Shown here: positions 11,473-24,476 of the stretch, piece by piece
Layout of the letters: every line of letters begins with the position of its first letter
Numbering within the stretch: position 1 is the first letter of the stretch
NCBI GenBank assembly: GCA_028534125.1
Contig: CM052816.1
Span: 62,064,001-62,128,000 of the forward strand
Direction: 5' to 3'
Source of the DNA: Lama glama
Taxonomy: Eukaryota
Length of the DNA: 64,000 nucleotides
Made by a program: the position numbers and the translations under genes
The notes under the pieces: model-generated
What the model saw: the letters and a program-made list of their open reading frames with translations, nothing else
The model's database searches: none
Told to the model about the DNA's origin: nothing

Positions 11473-14045
11473 TAGCGATACACTAAAAACACTATTCTAT
11501 TAACTACTACAGCAGAATGGCACATTTACTTATTCTAGCCACAAAAGTGCAAAGAAAATGTGGTGATTTTGTTTTTCAACAAAGATCCGATCTTCCTTAT
11601 CATGCCCCTCCCCCCACAGTTTTTACCCTACTGAGTGGTATAGGCCAGGGGAATGCAAATGAAGGTTTATCGTTATATTCTGATCTCAACTGTTTCCTTT
11701 TAGTTTATGCCTTTCCAGTAAATGTTTATTTTTTTCATGGTTCTTCACCCTCCACCTTGGCCTGGACAAAGATGGCTTCTGGGATCACTACCTTTCTGTG
11801 TGCTTGTGACTGTAGCTGGGGGAGGGGGCAGGGCTCTTATCCGTGAGTGGATCCTTGTCCTTCTGTGGAAAGAATGTTCCTTGTCCATCTTATCCCTGCT
11901 CTCTTCGCTGGCTCCCGTTGCTGAAGTTCCTGGAGAACTTGTGGTCTGGTTTCTCTTGGAGTGGTCTAGGCTGTTGGCTCAGACCTCCCTCCACTGTGGC
12001 TGATGCCTCGTGGGTCACCCGAGATCTAGCTGTGAACTGCCATTTGGCTCTTGCCCTGGGTCACGGTCCTGGAGACATGGCTCTCAGTAGGGTGACCTGG
12101 GGAAGCTCACCAGCCAGGAACATCAACTCCCTTTTGCTCCGTCACAAGCCACTAGGGAACTCCTAGCAACTTTTTATACAACGGGAGCTGAGAGAGGCTC
12201 GGCAGCTCGCCAACGGCGTGTCGTCCCATAACCCTCCCACATGTGCCCTGAAGAGCTACCTCGAGTTGCTAACAGGGTGGAGCACGTTGTGCCGTACAAG
12301 GGTCCTTAGACTCTGAAGTCTGCGCCTTTCTTCCTGGCCTGTCTTCTCTGTGATTCAGCCCAGAAATCAGACAGCAGACATCCCAAGTCTTGCTTTTCCT
12401 ATTGCTGTTCTCTTCCCTTCTCCATCATCTCCCGGAGGCCGAAAGGGGCCAGATCACCACTTCTTGACTTGTTGGAACTTCCCTCCCCTCATACGCTTCT
12501 TCCTGCCAGGGCCTTCTCATTCTCCTCCCTTCTTAGGGTCTGTAATGACAGAATGGCTCCCTGCCCAACAACTTAATTTACGGGAGAGAAGAGAGAGGAA
12601 AAAAATACGTTTTCAGCTGATGTTTTTAAAACTTCATTTTCATTACATTTCCTCCCTAATCTTCCTCCTCCTCACCACGGTTGGATTTGTAGGGCTGATT
12701 GCCCTTCGTGGGGAGCAAACTTGAATTACCATTAGACTTCAGGAGGATGTATGGCGAGAGTGGTGACCAACGTGGGATCAAGCCAGGAGGGAGGAACGTG
12801 AGGCCCAAGCCAGGCTAAGGAGGACCCCTCACAAGTTCCCCAGCCCCTGACTTCATGGGCCTCCTGCCACCAGGGGGTTGGGAGGGGAGGCGCACAGCTG
12901 AGAGAGTCACAGGCCCCTGCAAGGACATAAATCCAAGTGCCATCTCGGTGATGAGGCTGGGGAGGGGGTTTTGGAGAAACAGCATCTCCCTAAAAGGGCT
13001 GTTGATACTGAAAAGAAACTGTTGAGACTGAAGATATTAAGACATCTCTGGGTGGGTGAAGATTAGAAAAATTTTTTGAAAGCTACATTTACTTTTCATA
13101 TTTGAATTTTAGTTTGAGTAAATGTGTGGCACTACTTTAAATGTTTATAGCAATTCACTTTTCACAGAAGCTACCTAATGTTCAGGGGTTTTTTTTGAAT
13201 AGCATTTTGTTGGATATTTTTAAAATCAGGTCACAAATATGAAGTTTTTTTTTTTTTTAATATGATAGGGTTGATTTCTTTGGTTCAAGTAATGTACATC
13301 CAGTCTCTTGGCTTTCCACATCCAGTTAATCGACTTTGCTTTCTGGAGTGGAACAGAATGGGGCAGAGGCACAGGGGTGTACAGGGGGTTGTGCTTGGGG
13401 ATGTTTTCCTACATGTATGTGTGTCCTCTGCCTCCTGTGTGAGCGGGTTCACATAACATACACCCATATGCCCTTCCTACTTCTCCTCTGGGTAGACTCA
13501 ACTTCGCTTTTATTTTCCCACGGCTGTGTTAATCCTCACATGTCTACGATAGTTGAAAGGGTAATGAAAGACTGACCATTTGTGTATCATGCATTCAACA
13601 CTGAAGTGCCGAAGTATCTGAAATGGGAAAGAACTTAGTTTTGCCTTACGTTGTGTTAGAGCAGAGGCAAGTAGAGGAAGGTCCTTTTCTTCCGCACAAA
13701 GTATCTGTCAGCTCCTGCATTTTGCTGCCCCCTCTCAAAAAGCAGCCTCTGAATAGAATATTCAAACTTTAAGGGAGTTTGATTCAAGCTGAGACTAGGA
13801 GCGAGCAGAGTGGAAAATGATGCCAAAATGGGCTGAGCTGATGAGTCTGGAATCAACAAGTGAGGCTCCAAAAATTATATCTTATCTAGGAAACAGTGGA
13901 AAAGATTTTTTCCCCCAAATGAAACACAAAGCTGAATTACAATTTCATAAATATTTATAGAATAATATGAAATGTAAAACGATGTTCTGGGTCCCACTTA
14001 GTAGAGCTTACAGAACTGTTGGCCAACTACCAGGTAACCAGTGGG

Positions 14046-14176
14046 CAGGGTGATTCAGGGCAATTTGTCACCAAAGGTCCTGGTTTGCTTGGGACTGAGA
14101 GGGTTCCCAGAACACGGGGGTTTCAGTGTTAACATTGATGAAGTCTCAGGCAAACCAGGAGGAGTTGGTCACCCTA
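14046..14176. mobile_element. hAT-Blackjack MITE (MER81/MER94-like)
   Basis: Termini cagggtga... / ...ttggtcacccta, with internal inverted cctggtttgc / gcaaaccagg. Confidence 0.7.
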
Positions 14177-14299
14177 CTTACAATACAACTTCAGCTCCAA
14201 ATTCTGTGACTCTGACCTTAAACGTCTTCTGGATCATAATAACCTGTGATGTTTAAGGTAGATTATGACCCTATAGATGTTTGCTTTTTGCAAAGCAGA

Positions 14300-14490
14300 G
14301 GTGTGTGGGAAAGAGTTCAGTCTTTGGACAACTGGTTCTGCTGCTTTACTAGCTGATTGGCCCTAAATTAATCATAATTAATCTCTGAACTTTATGGTAT
14401 AAAATGAAAAAAAATCATACAGGTTTGTTATGAGGATTGAGAGAACTCATGTAATGGTGTTTTGTGTATTTTAAAGTACTGTGCAGATGT
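14300..14490 (+). mobile_element. MIR SINE (degenerate)
   Basis: ctgctttactagctg...tataaaatga...gttatgaggattgag. Confidence 0.55.
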
Positions 14491-15086
14491 GTGATGTTAT
14501 TTATTTGCAGACAGGCTCCTGTAGCAATAATAGAATAATAGAAAACAAAAATCCTATTTTTTCTGAGTCTCTCATGATGAAGTTTTCCCCTAACATGTTT
14601 TCTAATTTAGCAGAGTTAAACATAGTGGAAGACACAGTGGAGCACAAAGTATTATTATACTGCCATCTTTGGGACACATTTTGAACTACACTCTCATGTA
14701 GTTCAAGTAAATTGTTTTTCAAAAGCAATGTATCAGCAACAATGAGTATGGTCACCACTGCAGAGCCTGAAGGCTTTTTAGCTGCTAGATCAGTGATAAG
14801 GAATTGAGTCAATGGTAAGCACCTGTCACAGAGCTACGACTATGGATGAGGCTGGTCTCCTGGAATGATTAGCTGGTAAAGCTGGAAGGGACATTAGAAG
14901 GCAGTCTTTGCAGATGGCTTCCTGTTCACTGCCCCAAACTTAACTTGAGAATTTAGCAACAGGAAGATTGCAGCTCTGGGAGGTGCCCAGGAGGAGGGGA
15001 TAGGCAATCTCTGGCACAAAGGAGAGATGACATTGAAATCCAGATTCTACATGCATGTATCATCCATGTATCTATTATATGTGAGT

Positions 15087-15122
15087 GAATGAATGAATGA
15101 ATGAATGAAAGAAAGAAAGAAA
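15087..15122 (+). repeat. (GAAT)n(GAAA)n compound microsatellite
   Basis: Read directly from the sequence; probably an expanded L2 tail. Confidence 0.85.
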
Positions 15123-16149
15123 CTCTTGGGTTAGGGCTTATTCCTTTCTGACCCTCAGCTTTGTCTGGAATGAGGGTGGAAATCAGAAAAATCAGCCTTA
15201 GATTCTCATCCTGGGAATATGAGGGCTGGCCCTGTGGGGGAACTTTGTGGGGGTGGTGAGAATGGTTTTATATCTCCATCTGGTATTGGTATATATAAAT
15301 ATGCGAAGTTATCAAGCAGTACACAAAGGTTTGTACATTTTTTTACTTTACTTTTATTTACTTTAAATTGTGGCTCAGTAAGATACTGCTAAAATCTCCT
15401 TTCCCCTCCATCAGCCTTTCCACTAGTTACAATTCTGTTTGGATTTATTGGCTTCTCTTTTATAATGTCCTGGTGGGATGGCAGGAGGAGTTAAGTTAGC
15501 CTGGAGTGTCTAAGTTTTAGGAAGCAGGAAGGGGGGTATGAAATGTCTAAAGACTGCTCGTCCCCACTTTGTAACTTTATTCAGGAGTCACGCAATGGCA
15601 ACTGCTTCAAATATCACAAAAGGAACGTCTCCACCTACTCCTCGCCTGTCGCCGACGGTCCAGGCTGGAGGAGAAACACAGCTGTGCTAATTTAGTCTTA
15701 CATTACCTTTATCACCACAAATCTTAAGTGGGCCCCTCTGCAATTCCTTGCAATCCTATTGTATTTTGTAAGTAAATTTGCTTTCTTACTTCCTAGAGTT
15801 ATTCATACCTCAGTCCTTTCTCTCTTCAAACCAACCACATCCTCTCAGCTCAGACCTTGTTTCAGATTTCACTGAGAAAACAGAAGGCATCAGGGGAGAA
15901 ATGCCTCTTCGTCCCACCACCAGACTACCTGTATTTATATCCAGTCTGTCTTTGCTCCTGTTTCAATGCATCCGTGGTTATCAACGGGGGCTTGAGATTG
16001 AATTTTGTTTTTGTAATTTATAAAGAAGTTTAATTTGTAATAAGAGTTTTCCCACAATAAAAATCTTTGCCCAGATAGCTTCACTGGTAAATTTAACAAA
16101 TATTTAAGAAACAAAGAATTCCAGACTTGTATCAAACTTGCATCGAGAT

Positions 16150-16445
16150 TGAATTCTTAAAGTGCTGATGCCCGAATGCCACTTCCAGAGATTCTGAATT
16201 AATTAATCTGGTGTGGGACATTTAAAAAAATTTTTTATTTATTTATTATTGTATGATTTAATTATTTTTTTTCGTGGGGAGGTAATTAGGTTTATTTATT
16301 TAGAGGAGGTACTAGGGATTGAACCCAGGACCTCGTGCAAGCTAAGCATGTTCTCTACCACTTGAGCTATACCCTCCCCTCTCATCTTTTTTTTTTTAAT
16401 TCTTAAGGGAGTCTAATATACAGATGAAATTTAGAATCAAGAATT
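16150..16445. mobile_element. MER5-type hAT element interrupted by SINE copy 2
   Basis: tgctgatgcc...ccagagattctgaattaattaatctgg to the left of the SINE and ctaatatacag...ttagaatca to the right. Confidence 0.55.
16221..16380 (-). mobile_element. tRNA-Ala-derived SINE, copy 2
   Basis: Reverse complement of the SINE: ggggaggtaattagg...ggaggtactagggattgaacccaggacctcgtgcaagctaagcatg...gagctataccctcccc. Confidence 0.92.
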
Positions 16446-16469
16446 TAGGATGTCTGAGCTCCTATAAGT

Positions 16470-17930
16470 GGGCAACTCCTCTGCTTATCCAGTGGCTCTT
16501 TCTCTCATCTCCTCAAAATCTTATTCTTTCACTTACCTCCCCTCTTTCTTACATGACCAGTTTTTCTCTGGGCTAGATAAATCCCATCAGCATATAAACA
16601 CACTTTCACACCTCCTGTCTTGACAGCAGCTCCTCGCTGCCACCTTTCCCTCTCGCTGCTCCACTTACAGCAAAACTCCTGCAAATAGTTGTATCTGCTT
16701 GTGCTCTTCATTCTATAACCTCCCACGTTCTCATTCATCTACTTTTGTTTCTATCGTTCAGTGTTGAAATCATCACCATCCTACATGTTGGCAAGTTCAG
16801 TGATTTAATTTTCAGCTTTGTCTTACTTCACTTTCCAGCCACATTGAGCACAATTGGTTTTTCTCGAACACCCTTTCCCTAGGTGATGGAGTTCTCAGTC
16901 TTACATGGATCCTTGTCCCCCATCACTAGCCTCTTCCTTCTTCCTTGCTGGTGCTTTTTCTCAGACTTCTCTGCTGGCTCCTCCTCTTTCTCCCAAGCTT
17001 TAATCCCAGCTGCTCTTCCTGGCTCAGTCCCTGTCCCTAATCTTCTCCAGACACACTGTTTCCTGGGGTAACCTCATCCGGTCCCACATGTGTCTTGAAC
17101 TCTCATCTCTTTCCTATGAGCCAGGCTCATAAGTGCCTCTTCAACATCTCAATTTGGATATCAAGTAAATGCACAGATTCTTCCTTCTCCATAGCTGTCC
17201 CAATACGCAAAAACCTGGTATTCTGCATCTCAGGAAATGGCATCTGAGTTACTGAGATCAGAATTTTTAGCAGCATCCTCTTCCTTTTCCCCTCACTCCA
17301 TTTCCAATTTGTTAGTAAATTTAGATACTTCCTGAGTCCTGTCACTTCTCCCTATCTCCCATTGTCACCAGCCTGATCCATGCCACCATGATCTCTGCCC
17401 ACAGCTATCTCGTGACTTGTCTCTGCTGCCACTCTTGCTTCACAGTCCATTCTCACACAGCTGCCGATGACCCTGAAAATGCAAATCAGATCATGTTACT
17501 CCCAGACTCAATCATTCCCCCAGCCCCACCCCCGCGGGCTGCCCATTACACTTGGAACCAAATCCACATCCTTTAACACCGCCTACAAGGGCTCCCATTT
17601 CCTACCATTCCCACCATTTCCCCTTTCATTCACTCTGGATTGAATCCACATGGATTTGTATGTCCCTGAAAAGGACAACCTTGTTTCTGCCTCAGAGTCA
17701 TTACTCTTGTTTGTCCTTTGCTTGGAAAGTTCTTCCTAAAGATCTTTGATGTCTGTTTTTTTTCACCTTGTCCTGAAATCTGCCTCCGTGTCATCTCCTT
17801 GAGAAAGCCCTCCTTAGTCACCCATCTGAGGACAGAGGGAGAGAGTTTATTTATGGTTTTCACTGCTGTATTCCCAAAGGCCTGGCACGAAGGGGTCTCT
17901 CAATGAATATTTGTTGAAGAAATGAATGTT
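16470..17930 (+). mobile_element. L2 LINE, long 3' fragment
   Basis: Pyrimidine-rich L2 motifs (ctcttcaacatctcaatttggata, catggatttg) ending cctggcac...ctcaatgaatatttgttgaagaaatgaatg. An upstream piece probably lies at about 15800-15960. Confidence 0.8.
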
Positions 17931-17993
17931 TTGTGCTGCCTTTAGCATAAAAGCATCAGTGTGTATATATCAACTATAGGATATAAGATACAA

Positions 17994-18256
17994 GGTTTAC
18001 TGGGAGGGGGGAGGGGGTGGGAAGGGATAAATTGGGAGTTCAGGATTTGCAGATATTAACTACTATATATAAAATAGATAAACAACAAGTTTCTACTGTA
18101 TAGCACAGGGAACTATATTCAGTATCTTATAGTAACCTATAATGAAAAAGAATATGAAAACGAATACATGTAGGTATATGTATGACTGAACTGTTATGCT
18201 GTACACCAGAAATTGACACAACATGGTAAACTGACTATACTTCAATAAAAAAAAAA
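17994..18256 (+). mobile_element. Young 5'-truncated L1 3' end (cetartiodactyl/camelid type)
   Basis: G-rich tract, ctactgtatagcacagggaactatattc, aactgactatacttcaataaa and poly(A). TSD aagatacaa at 17985-17993 and 18257-18265. Confidence 0.9.
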
Positions 18257-18269
18257 AAGATACAAAGTG

Positions 18270-18720
18270 ACTCTGCCTGTAGGAAACAGATGGCTGGTTT
18301 GAAGAAAGTTTAATAAAAGGACTTATAAAATGTAGACAGGGTATAGGGGAGCCACAAGAGGGAATGTGGCACGCCAGGGCTACTAAAAGTGAGTTGGCGT
18401 TACCACCCCTACGGAGCAGAACCTAGAGAGAGCACTGCATGGGGAGGGCCATCTGTTAGGAGCTGAGATGTTCGGGTAGGAGAGATAGGCTGCCCTGTGG
18501 GGACAGAGTCAGGGTGGTAAACATACCCTGACTTCATTATCTTTTTCCCCTCCTTGCTCCTTCCTGCCAGGGCTCCCCTTTGACAGAACACATTTGGAAG
18601 CCAAAGGCCAAGACAGCCCATTGATGGAACTCCCGGGGGTCATCCTCCTGGGGCGTAGGGCAGGTTGGAGAAGGATGGAGGTGGATCTGAAGGGGCAAAA
18701 GGACAATATCTGACACTCAC
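18270..18720 (-). mobile_element. Old ERV-L-type LTR (LTR33-like)
   Basis: ggaaacagatggc...agtttaataaaagg...acagggtataggg resembles the reversed 3' end of LTR33-like elements. Confidence 0.5.
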
Positions 18721-20266
18721 ATCGGGGGTTACAAAGTAGCTCTTTTCTCCCGTTAAGCAAGTTGACCCTAATTATTTAAATGTTTGCTTACGTTAACAAC
18801 ATAGTATTCTTCTCAGGGCTGCCCCTGGCACAGGGAGCTGCTTGAAATCAGGCACTGCTCAGTCAGCGGTGCTGTGCACTCACTGTGTGGAGGAGATTTA
18901 AAGATACTCTTTAGGATGTTAGTGATTTCCCCAACTGCTTGGTGAAGTTCTGTCAGAGGTCTGCTGCATTTGTATAGAATCTACGGGTAGTTTTGGAGAT
19001 CAGCAGGACAGATATTATGGTCTTTACATGGCTGATAAAGAAATGGACTTGTTGGTGCTGCACAGCAGATGGAGCTGGAGTTGAACCCTAGAACTTTTGA
19101 CTTCTAGTCCATGCCTCTACTGTAACATGCTGCTTCCTTTAGGGGGTCATTTTTGTGGGTTATGACGAGTTATTTTCAAGATTCTACTTTGTAAAATAAT
19201 TTAGGGAATGGCTGCATACGAAGCCATTACCACTTTGTAGCTTGTACAAGGAAATGACAAGGAAAATTCCCCTAAGAACCTGGAAGTGAAGTTGCCCTGT
19301 AAGAATTAAACTGTGACATTAGCTCATAATAAATTACAACACAGAGATGCAGTGTCGCCTTAAAGGGGCAGAGTTGTTCCCAGGTCTGCCAGACTCAATT
19401 ATGAGTCAACTGAAGGTATTACCATTTAAGAAGGAGAAGTTATCAGTCAGAGCTGAGGTTGGTCATCCTTCTATCATTAAGAAAATGAGAGTCACAGAAA
19501 CCAAAACCCAACTATCTTATTATAATTTTATTTCCCATGAAGTATGATCACAGGGAGAGAGCAACTTGACCAGAAAACCTAGGTTATCTATTAACATTGG
19601 CAATTCTGTGTCTCATTACAAACAAATCAATTGGCATTTTGGTTTATGTATCAATTCTTGTAAACTTAATGTGATTCTTAATGTGTTAACGTAATTCTCT
19701 TGAGACTCTGCTGACAATCAGGTTTCCAAGCTGTAAGACTGAGAACTAGAATCCCAGATTGAAGTAAATTCAGTAAAGAAATGAGTGACACTTTAGCAGA
19801 TTTTCTAAAGTTATGTGTATTGGGTATAATATACATACGGTTAAATGCACCCTTTTTTTGGTGAATATTTCTGAATTTTGACAAACCATACACAATCAGG
19901 TAACCACCACAAACAAGGTGTAGAACACTGCATTCACCCACAAAAGTCCTCTCATGCCGTTGCATAAGTCAGTCGCCTCCCTTTTCCCTAGTCCCCAGCG
20001 ACCACTCATCTCTTATTTGTCCCTTTAGTTCTGCTTCTCCAGAATATCGTATGAATAGAATCATTGAGTAGGCACTTGAGTCTGGCTTCTTTCACTTAAC
20101 ATAATGCATTTGAGACTTGTTCATATTGTTGCATATCCTGGTCATTTTTATTTTTCATTTTTTGCGACATATAACGTTTTAATGTAAGGTGTACAATGGG
20201 CATTTGAGTTGTTTCCAGTTTTGGACTATTATAGAACAGAGCCATTATAAGCATTCACATACAAGT

Positions 20267-20337
20267 GTTTTTTATTTTTTAATTTTTATTTATTTTTTAT
20301 TGAAGTATAGTCAGTTTAAAATGTTGTGTCAATTTCT
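20267..20337 (-). mobile_element. Extremely truncated young L1 3' tip
   Basis: Poly-T plus ttattgaagtatagtcagtttaaaatgttgtgtcaatttct, the reverse of the 18210-18250 L1 end. Perfect 10-bp TSD acatacaagt at 20257-20266 and 20338-20347. Confidence 0.88.
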
Positions 20338-21849
20338 ACATACAAGTTTTTGAGTGGACATGTTTTCACTTGGGTAAATGCTTCAGGATAGGGTTAATGG
20401 GAAGGTAAGTGTATGGTTTTTCTTGACAAGAAGGTGCCATACTATTCTCCAAAGTGGAGGTACCATTTTGCACTCCTATCAGCAATGCTTGGAGTTCCAG
20501 GTGCTCCATATCCTTGGGAGCACTTTGTATTGTCATTTTTCACCACTCCCCTGCCCCTAATAGGTATAGAGTGTGATCTCATTGTGACTTTATTTTACAT
20601 TTTCTCAATGACTGATGATGCTGAGCATTTCTTTTTGTATGTTTATTAGCCATCTGTATATCTTCTTGGATGAAATGTTTTATCAATCTTTTGCTTATTT
20701 TTTTATTTGGGTTGTTTGTTTTCTTATTGAATTTCAAGAGTTCTCTATATATTCTGGATATCAACCTTTCATCAGATGTGTATTTTAGAAAACACTTTCT
20801 CCTAATCTGGGGCTAGATTTTTATTTTTATTTTTAACGTCTTCCAAAGAGCAGACATTTTTAATTTTGGTGAATTCCAACGTATCAATGTTTCTTCCACT
20901 ATTTGTGTTTTTTGTGTCCTAAGAAACCTTTACCTTAGACTCGCGTCAGAAATATTTTCTTCTGTATTTTTTTCTAGAAGTTTTTATGGTTTTAGATTTT
21001 ATATTTGAGTTTAAAATTTTAAGTTAATTTTTGAGTATAATACAAGGTATGGGTCATTTTTTTGCATATGAATGGCCAGTTGTTCCAGCACCAGTTGTTG
21101 AAAGGACAGTTTCTTCTCCATTAAATTGGCTTGGCTTCTTTGCTGAAAATGAGTTGACTTGTGAGTGTGTGTGTGTATGCATTCCTGGACTCTGTTCTGT
21201 CCTGTTGTTTCATGTGTCTGTCCTTTTGCCAGTACTACCCTGTCTTTATTACTGTAGCTGTATATTAAGCCTAATCAGTTATTGTGATTCTCCACTTTGG
21301 TTTTCCTTTTCAAAATTATTTTGGCAATTCTAGTTCTTTTGCTTTCCCATATAAGTTAGAATCAAGGTGTCAATTTATACAAAAAATTCTGGTGGGATTT
21401 TGATTTGAATTGCATTTAATCTATAAATCAGTTTGGGGAGAATTAACCTTTTAATAATATTAAATCTCTCAAACTATAAACATGACATATTGCTTCACTT
21501 ATTTAGATCAAATTTGATTTCTTTAATCAGTTTTTTTTTAGTTTTTAATATAGATATACTACACATATTTTCTAAGACTTATACCGAAGTATTTCATAGT
21601 TTTTGATGTTATTTCATATGATACTTTTTAAAATTTCAACTATTGACCTTATATCCTGTGACCTTGCTAAGAAGATCACTTTTTAGATCTAGTACCTTTT
21701 TGTAGATTCTGTGGAGTTTGTGACATAGACAGCCATGTCGTTTGCAAATAGAGAAGTTTCATTTCTTCCTTTTCAGTCTGTTTGCCTGGAGTTCCTTTTC
21801 TGGCTTTGTTTCACTGACTAGGACCACTGGTACATTTGAACAAATAAAA

Positions 21850-22540
21850 CCTTTATTGAGATATAATTCACATACCATACTATTTATCTATTTAAAGTAC
21901 AGAGTTCAGTGGTGTTTAGTGTATTCACAAAGTTGTGCAGTTATCATCACCACAGTCAATTTTAGAACCTTCTCCTCACTGTTAAGAGAAACCCATACCC
22001 ATCAGCACAGTCACTCTCCATTTCCCCCCCACCTGCCAGCTCTAGGCAACCAGCAATCTAGTCTCTGTCTTTATAGATTTACCTGTTCTGGACATTTCAC
22101 ATAAATGAAATAATACAACATGTGGTCTCTTGTGACTAGGTTGTTTGGCTTAGCATAATGTTTTCAAGGTTTGTGTATCTTGTCGTATGTATCAGTACTT
22201 CATTTTGTCTTACTGCTAAATAATATTTCATTGTATGGCTACAAACCACCTTTTATCTATCCATTCATTTGTTGATTGATTTTTTTAGATAACATTTTGG
22301 CTATTATGAATAATGGTGCTAAGAATGTTTGTTTACAGATTTTTGTGTGGACCTATGATTTTCATTTCTGTTGGGTATATACCTAGGAGTGAAATTTCTG
22401 GGTCATATGGTAACTCTATGTTTAGCATTTTGAGAAACGGCCATACGATTTTCTAAAACAGCTGCACCATTTTACGTTCCCGCCAGCAATGGGCTAGTAT
22501 TCCAATTTCTCATATCTTAGCCCACATTTATGGTATTATA
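21850..22540 (-). mobile_element. Second L1 (L1MA/MB-like) 3' end nested in the older L1
   Basis: A new 3'-end motif (ctttattgagatataattcacatacc) starts in the middle of the host ORF2 relic; the host resumes at about 22545. Confidence 0.75.
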
Positions 22541-24311
22541 GCTTCAGTACAATTTTGGTAAGAGTAAACATTCTCACCTCTGACTTCTTAGAAAGGAAGC
22601 ATTCAGTCTTTTACCATAAAGTATAATGTTAGCTGTAAGTTTTTTTTTTTTTTTGGATACCCCTTATCCTTTTGTGGAAATTTCCCTTAATTCCTAGTTT
22701 GCTAGAGTTTTTTTTTAAAAATCATGAATGGATTGTGAAGTTTATCATATGCTCCCCCACCTCCCCATCTACTGAGATTAGCATACAATTTTCTCCTTTA
22801 GTTTCTTGATACAGGGAATAACAGTAATTGATTCTTGAAAACTGAACCAGTCATTGATTCCTGGGATAATCTCCCCTTGGTCTGGCTATATTATCTTTTC
22901 TCTATATTGCTGTATTTGATTTAGTAGTGGTTTGTTCAACAATTATTATGAAGTTTTATTTCAGCAATTGATTTGAATTTTCATTAGCTCCTTTTTACTC
23001 CATAATTGTTCCTTTTTCAGAATATCCTGTATTTGTTTGATAGGGATGCAATATCTTTTCAAACTTATTTGAGTATATTTAGAACGATTGCTTTTTTCTC
23101 CAGTGTCAGTGTTTTTAATTTGTTTGTCTGATGATAGTCTTTCTCTTTTAAGTTGTAGACTAGCCTCCATGTCCGGTGAGCCTAGCTGGTTCACGGCTAA
23201 CAACGAGTAGTTAAAGCTGGCGGTGAGTGGTGGTGGTTGACTAATGGCTTCATTTTCAGGTTAATGTATCAGGAGTGCAGCACAGGTTCTAACGTTAGAA
23301 TTTTGTGGCATAATAGTTTTTGAACTACTTACCTCATTTCCCTTTGTCATTGTGCCAATTTTTAGCAGAGCTGTTCACTGCCATAATGATACTCTGTCAT
23401 ATGTTTGTGAAACAAAACTAGTGTATGTTCAGTAAGCACATGATCTTCCGGTTTGGTATTTTCTAAACCTCTTACCTTTAATTTGAAGATGGCTCCTGCT
23501 CTATAACAAGTCACACAGTCTTCCCAGCTCAGTGACAGACTCACCCTAGCAAAATGTAGCAAAAACAAACTTTCGTAAGGGTCAAAATTTGGAGAAGTAT
23601 GCAGTGGCACCAGTGTTCTAGAAGCTCATGGGTATGTAGAAATCCCCATGAAAATCTGTGAGAAAATGAAACAGAGAAGTGATTTCTGAGTGGAGGGGGA
23701 AGCTCAAAGAACAGTGGGCTGCTGGAGGAGGTAGGGGGAGGTGAGCCTGGATCACGTGCTGCAGTTAGAATTCAGAACATGTAGGGCAACATGAACGCTA
23801 ACTTGGGGTGAAGACACCTCTCATTATTCTTATGGAGATTACATTCTGATATAGGTGGGAGACAAGCTGGGGCCCTCAGAAACAGACAATGCACTGTGTT
23901 AAGAGATGGAGTTTTAGTAGGAGAGTCGAGGGGATTTTTAGAAATGGAACTAGATTGGAAAAAATTCTCCATAAGAAAGCTTTTCTGCACGATGTACTTA
24001 ATTCTTTTTTTTTTTTTTCCCTTTCCTGTCAGACATCTAGTGAAGTAGGTAGATTTGGGAGGGCTTTTCCTTAGACACATCACTCCACCTTACAGATATG
24101 GTGACTGAAACATAGTGACCCAGGATCACATAGCATGAGATGGGAATCAACTTCTGCCATCATGCAAGAGCTAGAATGAAAACCCTTATACTGTGAGGCC
24201 AAACTTGGAGCACTGTCCACCAAGTCAAGTTTCCTACATTGAGTAATAGGATGGTGACCTTCACCCAGTGCAGTTCTGTGAAAAATTTTTTTTCGTATGA
24301 AAGTTTCTCTT

Positions 24312-24476
24312 GGGTGGAGAGTATGGCTCAGTGGTAGAGTGTGTGCTTAGCATGCAGGAGGTCCTGGTACCTCCCTTAAAAACAAACAAACAAACAAACA
24401 AACAAACAAATAAATCCAATTATCCCCCCAAATAAAAATAAACTATGACTTTAAAAAATAAAAATAAAAAAATATT
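24312..24476 (+). mobile_element. tRNA-Ala-derived SINE, copy 3 (T-arm/B-box deleted)
   Basis: gtatggctcagtggtagagtgtgtgcttagcatgcaggaggtcctggtacctcc with an (AAAC)n tail. TSD aagtttct at 24301-24308 and 24477-24484. Confidence 0.9.

Larger units (their letters stand above)
19800..22950 (-). mobile_element. Old L1M element (3' UTR plus ORF2 end) with nested insertions
   Basis: T-rich reverse-strand L1. The minus ORF 20579-20764 (ISRIYRELLKFNKKTNNP...EDIQMANKHTKR) is a recognisable L1 ORF2 C-terminal relic. Confidence 0.9.

Noticed and set aside
11790..12123. Reading the stops in the minus frame as C>T nonsense mutations of a ~100-aa pseudogene
   Set aside because: Every stop codon is one C>T change from a sense codon, so this is not evidence. 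No homologous protein was recognised.
20579..20764. ORF with L1 ORF2-like peptide
   Set aside because: The homology is real, but it is a short remnant of a dead L1, not a host gene.
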